DNA from: an uncultured virus (IMG/VR IMGVR_UViG_3300025769_000088)
Lineage: Duplodnaviria > Heunggongvirae > Uroviricota > Caudoviricetes
Reading direction: 5' to 3' (one strand)
IMG/VR virus record: IMGVR_UViG_3300025769_000088
Length of the DNA stretch: 64,000 nucleotides
Under the pieces are notes generated by a model, which made no database searches, had not been told where the DNA came from, and saw only the letters and a program-made list of their open reading frames with translations. Positions 34,008-41,023 of the stretch are shown here, in pieces (position 1 is the first letter of the stretch; each line of letters begins with the position of its first letter). A program made the position numbers and the translations under genes.

Positions 34008-35503
34008 TTGTCTGAGTATTCAGAGCCTGTGCTTAAGGGAGCAGCAGATTCTACACGGGCAGTGACTCGATCCCACAAGGATCGAGCGTAAGAATTTATT
34101 TCTGGGGAGAGTTGCTGTTCTCCCTCGATGTCGTTTTTGAGCATGTCCTGGAAAGTGATTCCCACAAAACTGTCGAGTAGCGGGTCACGTCCTTCCAGTC
34201 TCCCAAGTCGTATGAGTTGTGCGGCCTCCGTTGTGTCTCGTGTGTGCAGTTGTCTCGTCTCGGCTCGGGCTTGAAACCCAGAGGGAGGGTTTTGCCCCAC
34301 GACACCTCCCTGCTTTTCCTTCCGCCGACGTCGCCAGGCCAACAACGCACCAGCGATCTTCAATCCACCGTACGCTCCAGCGAGCCCTGTGCCTGCTGTA
34401 GTGATCCCGAGTGCCGTCGCGACAAATGGGTTGCCCAAGAGGGCTGTTGCTATTCCTACGGCACCCTCGGCTGCATTAAGTACCTTCTCCCCCGTAGCAG
34501 GCTGGGAACTCGGCGATTGGTCGGCAGTAGATTCTTGTGTCGAGCTTCCAGAACCACTTGAGTCCCCAGAGGCTGCCTGTTGGGAAGTGTCGTCGGTGGC
34601 TGGCGATTGCTTGCCAGTGTCGAACACAGTCGTTCCGGAACTGGATTCCTGGGTGGACTTTGTCTTCGCTATCCATGCTTCCTTTTCCTTCTTCAGTTGA
34701 GCAATTTCTTTCTGCTTGGAATCGCTCTCTTTGGCCAGCCTGTCGATCTCGGCCTGCAGCTTCTGATCTGCCGTCTTGTCGACCAACGAATCTTTCGGAG
34801 GATCAGGCACCCCGCGAGTGAACTTCGCCGGGTTCGGCGGTGGCAGGTTAGCGTCTCGCAACAGCTGCTTGATCGATTGTCGGAATCCGATGTTCGGCAT
34901 AATGCTCGACGACCAGACGAGGATGCCCGCCAGGTTGCCTGCGGAGTCAATCGCCGGACCCCCACTGACTCCGACCGCTGACGTGAAGTCCAAGTCAGAC
35001 ATCTCACCACGCTGAACCTTGACGATGCGTCCGGTCCTGGTCGACAGTTGAGGGTCTTTGCTGACCGCGTAGTCCCAGCCGTAGACCGTCACCCTGTCAC
35101 CAGCCTTCGGCGGCAGTCCGATCGGCACAACCTCGTCGAACAAGATGTCGACCAGCAGGATGGCAAAGTCATTCGCCTTGTTGTCGACCCATGAGCCGAG
35201 CACCCTGCCGGGGATGCCGTTGACCGTCAGCTTGAGCAGCTTCGCTTTGCACGGAACACCCTGCTTGTCGTGACCTTCGAACAGGTGACCTGCCGTCAGC
35301 ACGATCGACTTGCCTTTGTAATCTCCGACCACCACTCCGGACCCGTAAGACCCCTGCACCTGACAGAAGACTGTTCCTGGGCAGACCTGCAGATCAGCTC
35401 TGACCTTGACCAGTCCACCTTGTGCTTCCTGCCAGCAGACCACGAATACGCAGATCAAGAACAGCAAGATGAGCCAGAGCATTTCTTTGAGTGTGAATTT
35501 CAT
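33992..35503 (-). CDS. Exported trypsin-like serine protease with coiled coil, Ser/Thr linker and hydrophobic segment
   Basis: N-terminal hydrophobic anchor; LTAGH, DFAIL and GVSGGP triad motifs. Confidence 0.85.
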   Translation of the reverse strand: MKFTLKEMLWLILLFLICVFVVCWQEAQGGLVKVRADLQVCPGTVFCQVQGSYGSGVVVGDYKGKSIVLTAGHLFEGHDKQGVPCKAKLLKLTVNGIPGRVLGSWVDNKANDFAILLVDILFDEVVPIGLPPKAGDRVTVYGWDYAVSKDPQLSTRTGRIVKVQRGEMSDLDFTSAVGVSGGPAIDSAGNLAGILVWSSSIMPNIGFRQSIKQLLRDANLPPPNPAKFTRGVPDPPKDSLVDKTADQKLQAEIDRLAKESDSKQKEIAQLKKEKEAWIAKTKSTQESSSGTTVFDTGKQSPATDDTSQQAASGDSSGSGSSTQESTADQSPSSQPATGEKVLNAAEGAVGIATALLGNPFVATALGITTAGTGLAGAYGGLKIAGALLAWRRRRKEKQGGVVGQNPPSGFQARAETRQLHTRDTTEAAQLIRLGRLEGRDPLLDSFVGITFQDMLKNDIEGEQQLSPEINSYARSLWDRVTARVESAAPLSTGSEYSDNWRPL

Positions 35504-35506
35504 AGA

Positions 35507-35848
35507 TCACCGACTCTCAATGATGCGGTTGTGCCAGTAAGCGATGTCCGCATCGACCGACACGTTGATGCGTTGCCAATTTCCGAGATGACAGATCAAA
35601 AGATGGCAATTTATTCCGTAGCGCTTCGCTTCGCAGATGGCGATCAGATTTTCTTCAGACAATTCCAAATGGGGCGCAAGCGAAAATGGGATGCGATGAT
35701 GCGCAACTAACTTTCTACGACCCCCACACACGGCACATGACTTGCCTCGCAGAAACTCATCCCTCACACGTCGCCACTGGGGCGACCTGCGTTGGCCCGG
35801 CAGTGCTTTGCCGGGCAGGGTGTCTGCAAGGTCTCGCCATGCACTCAT
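35507..35848 (-). CDS. HNH endonuclease
   Basis: W..VR, CAVCG, HHRIP....P.LEL.EENLIAIC...CH. Confidence 0.85.
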   Translation of the reverse strand: MSAWRDLADTLPGKALPGQRRSPQWRRVRDEFLRGKSCAVCGGRRKLVAHHRIPFSLAPHLELSEENLIAICEAKRYGINCHLLICHLGNWQRINVSVDADIAYWHNRIIESR

Positions 35849-35865
35849 GCTATTCTCCGGTCCTA

Positions 35866-37104
35866 TCAAATGGCAATCAGAACCTGATCTGAGAACCTGG
35901 TCAACGCCGTGTAGAGATGGTTGCTTTCGTTCCCCCGGAAGCATTCTGACTCGTCAATGACCAGTCCAGATTCCCATTGACTTCCCTGCGACTTGTGGAC
36001 CGTCAGGCAGCTTCCGAAGTCGAACCAGTGTGCCGATGCAATGGTAAAGTAGTCAACTGCATTGGTGTCTTCGCCTCGAAAGATCATGGACAACGCCTCG
36101 ACGTCGACCGTCGAAGGCTCGTCATTGCTCGCGACTCGCATGTACCGTCGCAAGTCATCCGAATGATCATCCACATCCTGCACCGTCCACAGCCCCCCAT
36201 TCAGCAAACCTTCCTGGGCATTGTTCTTCAGACACACCAGCTGCTCACCAGGCGTCGGGTACATCTCCTCAATGCCTGCCAGGTCACGCAGTCGCTGATT
36301 GGTCGTTCGTCGCGTCTTGTTGCGTCCGCAGAGAATCATGTCCAGCTCCTGGACCTGCTGCGTCCGTTCCTTCAGCTCGACCATGGAGATGACTTCGGAC
36401 TTCCCGTATTTGCCCAGGGGGAGGGGTTGTTTCTTACGGACCTGTGTCGCGAGTCTCAGGATCGGATCGTCTTTCGCCTGACGATGAATCTCTGTCAGCA
36501 GAATGTCAGGTCGCTGCTTCGTGAAGTATCCTGCCCCACCCACAGGTGGCAATTGCCCAGGGTCTCCGAGCACCAGTATCGGGACGCCGAAGCTGCAGAG
36601 GTCTTCGCCCATCCTTGTGTCGACCATCGTGACCTCGTCTACGATGATCAGGTCACAAGACTTGATGTCTGAGTTTCGATTGAGCGTGAATCGAGGCTGA
36701 CTCAGCCTCGCATTCTCGTCAGTGATCTGCTCCTGCAGGAAGGTGACTCGGCGATGGTTGATAATGTCGTCGTCTTCGAGACCTTCGGCTGCCAGACTGA
36801 GCTTCAGCTTGAACAGTTCTTCCCGCATCTCGGCGATGTCGGCTTCGCTCTTTGGCGACGGCAGGTAAATCATCGAGTGCAGAGTCGCAGCGTTCAGGCA
36901 GCCCTTCTGACGCAGCACCAGAGCCGCTTTGCCGGTGTACGCTCCGAAGGCGACTCGACCTGCACCTTCGGCAAAATGTCTCGCGAGAGTCGTCTTGCCG
37001 GTGCCCGCAAAGCCGAACAGTCGGAAGACCTGCTGATCTCCAGGATTCTTGAGCCAGGCGGCGACCTTGGACAATGCCTTGTCCTGTTGTAAACCCCATT
37101 GCAT
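35866..37104 (-). CDS. RecD/Dda-like SF1B helicase
   Basis: GFAGTGKTT, AYTGKAA, IVDE, GDPGQLPPV, IHRQ, TVHKSQGSQW, YTALTR. Confidence 0.92.
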   Translation of the reverse strand: MQWGLQQDKALSKVAAWLKNPGDQQVFRLFGFAGTGKTTLARHFAEGAGRVAFGAYTGKAALVLRQKGCLNAATLHSMIYLPSPKSEADIAEMREELFKLKLSLAAEGLEDDDIINHRRVTFLQEQITDENARLSQPRFTLNRNSDIKSCDLIIVDEVTMVDTRMGEDLCSFGVPILVLGDPGQLPPVGGAGYFTKQRPDILLTEIHRQAKDDPILRLATQVRKKQPLPLGKYGKSEVISMVELKERTQQVQELDMILCGRNKTRRTTNQRLRDLAGIEEMYPTPGEQLVCLKNNAQEGLLNGGLWTVQDVDDHSDDLRRYMRVASNDEPSTVDVEALSMIFRGEDTNAVDYFTIASAHWFDFGSCLTVHKSQGSQWESGLVIDESECFRGNESNHLYTALTRFSDQVLIAI

Positions 37105-37135
37105 GGTGGGAACTCCATGGTTGGGAACTGACATT

Positions 37136-37178
37136 AAAAAAGACCAGGGGGGCCAGTTCCCACAGCCACCCCTGGTCT
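37136..37178 (-). terminator. Intrinsic terminator-like hairpin
   Basis: AGACCAGGGG/CCCCTGGTCT stem followed by a T-run on the minus strand. Confidence 0.7.
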
Positions 37179-37223
37179 CAACGGAAACCCTATGCCTCAT
37201 TCACCACTGCTGGAGACAAGTGC

Positions 37224-38078
37224 TTAGAAGGCAGGCTCTCCGTTTTCATCGACCGGCAACCCCTCGCTTGATGCAGCTGAGCTGTAGGCCGCTTTTGCTT
37301 CACCGCTGTCGATGCTCTTCTTGAGCATGACGGCTTCCTGGAACCGAGCGTCTTCCGCATCGATCAGAGAGCCTCGCAGGTCACCCTGTGACGGCACGAT
37401 GTTGAAGTTCTGGAACTCGCCCTTGTTGTTCTTGTCGTCGCACGAGCAGACGACAAGAGAGTGAGCATAAAGTGGCGGAGTGATGCGGCGAGGCTGACCG
37501 TCTTCGCCAGGCACCTTCAGCTGGAAAGATCGCAACGCAGACATCAGGCGTTTGTACCGCTTGATCTTCGTCTTGCTGAACGAGATGACGGCTGGTCCCA
37601 GGGAGTCTCCTGTTTCCACGTCATACAGGACGCCGTAGATGTAATACGTCTCGATGAGATTGTTCTCACCGTGCTTGTACTCGCCGAACTTCTGTGTCGC
37701 CTTGGCTTCGAGGATCAAAGGATCGTCACAGTCGTAACGTCCGATGAAGCCTCCGTCACCTTCACGCGGAGCCCACTCGACCCACTCATGTTTTGTGATG
37801 GAAGGGACCAGTCCAACACCGTCTTCGCCGTCGAACGCTTCCTGCGTCACCGTGTTGAAGAGCTGACCGATCTCCAAGCCGAGACCGCCTTTGGATTCCG
37901 GCTTGATCTCCGGAGAGTTTGACTGCATGACAGTCAGAAACGGAATGGACAAGTCGTCCGAAGTAACATTGTCGAAGCCGTCGTTCTCGTACTCGCCGTA
38001 TCCCGCAGCCAGAGCGAGTTCGCCCTGTTCCTTGACTGCCAGTGCGTTCTTTTCTGCTGCCGATTTTCGCTTAGCCAT
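37224..38078 (-). CDS. Putative single-stranded DNA-binding protein
   Basis: DL.IP.L..MQ.NSP, EW.PR...GG, acidic tail ending in F; replication context. Confidence 0.65.
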   Translation of the reverse strand: MAKRKSAAEKNALAVKEQGELALAAGYGEYENDGFDNVTSDDLSIPFLTVMQSNSPEIKPESKGGLGLEIGQLFNTVTQEAFDGEDGVGLVPSITKHEWVEWAPREGDGGFIGRYDCDDPLILEAKATQKFGEYKHGENNLIETYYIYGVLYDVETGDSLGPAVISFSKTKIKRYKRLMSALRSFQLKVPGEDGQPRRITPPLYAHSLVVCSCDDKNNKGEFQNFNIVPSQGDLRGSLIDAEDARFQEAVMLKKSIDSGEAKAAYSSAASSEGLPVDENGEPAF

Positions 38079-38195
38079 AGCCGTAACTCTCCGAAAGAAG
38101 TTTGTGTCGTGATTTTACTTTCCCTGGCTCACGACGGTTACACCGTGGGAACGCGAAGCTTCGCTACTCCTCACCACTGGGTAGGTGACACCAAG

Positions 38196-38254
38196 TGCGG
38201 CAGTAGGAGTCGAACCTACTTATCCCTCTCAGAGTGATCAGCTCTGAGTACCGC
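38196..38254 (-). ncRNA. 59-nt D-armless tRNA-like element
   Basis: GCGGTA/TGCCGC acceptor, CTCAGAG-CTGATCA-CTCTGAG arm, GTAGG-TTCGACT-CCTAC T-arm. Confidence 0.65.
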
Positions 38255-38333
38255 TCCTTCAAAACCTGCTGCAGAACCGTTCTACCCCACGTCGGGCCAG
38301 ATCACAGGGCGACAGCGTTCTGCAGCAGGTGTC

Positions 38334-38939
38334 TCAAACTTTAATCTTCGCCTTTCTCTGGCGGTGTACATTGAACAAGTCTTCGGGGACTGGCCGACCT
38401 TCCTTCAGTTCCCCTCGGACGAAAGCGGACAGCGTGCCTGGGTTAACGTCGGTCTTATCCTCGACCGAGATGCTCCAGGCTTCGTTCTCTTCGCCGAGCC
38501 GCTCGTTCAATGCTTCGAGTTCTTCAAGCAACTTGTCTCCCAAATCCTGCTGACCAGCGGTCAGCGGAATCGTCAGATTGTGCTTGATGAGATGCGGATG
38601 GTTGTTGCTGATCAGCCAGGCAATTGCCTGGGCAGCTTTCTCTTCATCCTTCGATCGACCGAGGCTCGCTCTGATCGTGGTGTCGATCTTCAGCGTGCCG
38701 CCTCCGGCCATCTTCAGTTCAGAAATGCCGAGGTCATCCATCAGATCAGGTAGGGCCACGTCTGATATGGACTCCAATTCCTTTTTGACCTGTTTCAGCA
38801 GCTCCTCTGCTTCGGCATGTTTTCGCTCAAGCATCAACTGTCGCTGAACCAGCGCATTGATGCGAGACATTTTATCTTCAGGAAGAGGACCGGCCTCTTC
38901 AATGAATTCAGAATAATCAGGGACAGCTGTCTCGGGCAT
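38334..38939 (-). CDS. Conserved phage replication-module protein
   Basis: LPDLM..LG, A.AWL, V.PGTL.AFVR..L.EG..VP.DLF; a type often seen beside SSB genes. Confidence 0.75.
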   Translation of the reverse strand: MPETAVPDYSEFIEEAGPLPEDKMSRINALVQRQLMLERKHAEAEELLKQVKKELESISDVALPDLMDDLGISELKMAGGGTLKIDTTIRASLGRSKDEEKAAQAIAWLISNNHPHLIKHNLTIPLTAGQQDLGDKLLEELEALNERLGEENEAWSISVEDKTDVNPGTLSAFVRGELKEGRPVPEDLFNVHRQRKAKIKV

Positions 38940-39022
38940 GAGTGGGAACTCCTGTGTGAGGGAACAACAACTTGCTTGGCTGTGAATCGAAGAGCAGAGT
39001 GTGATGGCCCTATCTGCGAAAG

Positions 39023-40603
39023 TCAACCATTAACTCGAAAAAATTTCATATAAGCTTCCGCATCGTCTTCAGCTGTCAACGGAGCATCATCCAACGGAGA
39101 CGTTTCCTGGGCCTGGCCCAGGAGATACTTGTTGCCGATCCATGCTTTGGAATCGTCGCCGAGAATGATGCAGGCGATCTCGATCTTCTTCTGCAGAGCC
39201 TCGACGATATCCATGTCTTTGGTGCCGAGCGCGCAGATGTCAACGTACGTCACCGGGTTGAATTGTCCGATGCGATGGTTGCGGTCTTCGCTCTGCAGCC
39301 TTGCTCCCAGGGGCCAGTCGTTGGAGTAGTAGAACGACGTCGTCGCCTCAACGATCGTCAAGCCTTCGCCTGCTACTGACTGCTTCGTGACGAACAGCTC
39401 GATGGAAGAATCGTTGCGAAAGTCGTTCAGGTTTTGTCGACGTTCAAACGTCGGCACCTCTCCGTCATACCGCACTGCATTGATCTTCAGTTTCCGGGCT
39501 CGCTCCATGATCAGGTCGACGTCTTTGGTCCACTTGCACCAGACAATCTTCTTGCCGTCGTAGTCCGGCAGAGCATCGAACAGACAGTCGAGTCGTGGAT
39601 TCTTTTCACCGATCAGTTTCAGGTTGTCCCCACTGTCATCTTCGGTGGGAAGGTATCCACAGAGAACCTGGTACTGACGAATCATGCGAACGATCGGCAG
39701 CGTGCCGTCGATCATGTCATCGTCATGAATGGCGATCGCCGTTTCCTCCAGCTCGTCGTACAGCTTCTTCTGTGCCGGAGTCATCTCGTAGTAGCGTCGT
39801 TGATAAAGCTTCTCCGGCAGGTCGAGCACATCCTTCTTCAGGAGTCGCTCCATGTCATCCTTCATCAGCGATCGCAGGTACGGCAGATTCCTGTACGCCA
39901 CGCACTGCTTGAAGAGCCTGCCGGTTGCCGGGTTCGTTGAGTCTTTGAAAACGCCGAAGCAGTTCTTGAACTCGCCGAACGATCCGAAAGGGCCGTGCTT
40001 CTTCCAGAAGTCCGGGTCAACGAATTTCATCTGGCTGTAGACGTCGAACGGACCATTGGCGACCGGCGTGCCGGAGAGGATGCGTCGGTACGGTGCGTAC
40101 TTCGAAGAGGCCAACGCCCGCTTCGTCCGCTGGGCTGTCGGGTTCTTAATCCGAGTCGACTCGTCAGCGACGTAGTAAGCATGCCTCTTCGTCAGGAATG
40201 TCTTCGCCGCCGTCTTGCCGCCGTCCGTCATCAGGGCGTCGTAAGACATGACCAGTACAGCGAGTCCCTTAGCATCAATGCAGGCTTGCAACGACTTCTT
40301 CGCTTTGATCGTCTTCGCCTTCTGCGAGTAGTACGTGTGCGTTGTACGCTCAACAGACTCGTGAAGGTGCTTGGGTATCTCGTCGTCGATCCAGTTCGCA
40401 TGAACGCCGTTCGGTGCGAGAACCAGCAGACCATCGATCAAGCCTTTGCTGTAAAGCCAGGCGACTTCGTCAATGCAACATTTCGATTTGCCGAGTCCCT
40501 GCTCCCAGTTGTTCGAGAAATACTCTAGCTCTCGAATGCGACTAAAGTACGACTCCTGGTGAGACAGTGGCTCCGTGGCAAATCTGAATTCTTCTCGCGG
40601 CAT
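39023..40603 (-). CDS. SNF2-family (SF2) helicase
   Basis: EQGLGKS, DESTRIKN, LSGTP, GEGLT, QSEDRNHRIGQ. Confidence 0.92.
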   Translation of the reverse strand: MPREEFRFATEPLSHQESYFSRIRELEYFSNNWEQGLGKSKCCIDEVAWLYSKGLIDGLLVLAPNGVHANWIDDEIPKHLHESVERTTHTYYSQKAKTIKAKKSLQACIDAKGLAVLVMSYDALMTDGGKTAAKTFLTKRHAYYVADESTRIKNPTAQRTKRALASSKYAPYRRILSGTPVANGPFDVYSQMKFVDPDFWKKHGPFGSFGEFKNCFGVFKDSTNPATGRLFKQCVAYRNLPYLRSLMKDDMERLLKKDVLDLPEKLYQRRYYEMTPAQKKLYDELEETAIAIHDDDMIDGTLPIVRMIRQYQVLCGYLPTEDDSGDNLKLIGEKNPRLDCLFDALPDYDGKKIVWCKWTKDVDLIMERARKLKINAVRYDGEVPTFERRQNLNDFRNDSSIELFVTKQSVAGEGLTIVEATTSFYYSNDWPLGARLQSEDRNHRIGQFNPVTYVDICALGTKDMDIVEALQKKIEIACIILGDDSKAWIGNKYLLGQAQETSPLDDAPLTAEDDAEAYMKFFRVNG

Positions 40604-41023
40604 GTGGCTGTTCCTTCTGAAAGTGAGGTCGGCCACAACCCTAATAACTCATGGCCCTAAGCACAAGAGGTGCCTCGTACGTGTACATTTTTATAGGGCC
40701 GGACAACTACTGAGCATACGCATCGTAGCGGTCCCTGTAACTTCTTCTGGCCCTAGAACTTAGAGTAAACTACTACCCTATATTAACTATTTAGAGTATT
40801 AGAGAATCGAGAAATAAAAACGTTCTATTATGGAGCGATTTATTTCGTACTGAAAAACGAAGCCAAAGAATATAAGTCCCCCACCCTTCTGGGCTTGCGC
40901 GTCTCTGTCGGGTTTCCGCCAAACGGTCCATTTCGATATAAGCCCAGGGGGCGTCTGGGTTTGTGGGGAACGCGCGGAATTCGAATGTTCAGTGTCACAA
41001 CTCTGTGAATCGAGGCGTTTCGG

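Noticed and set aside
22464..40603. Inteins or group I introns in primase, polymerase or helicases
   Set aside because: The ORFs are continuous and of ordinary length, with no intein C-terminal HN-C/S/T block or split motifs seen
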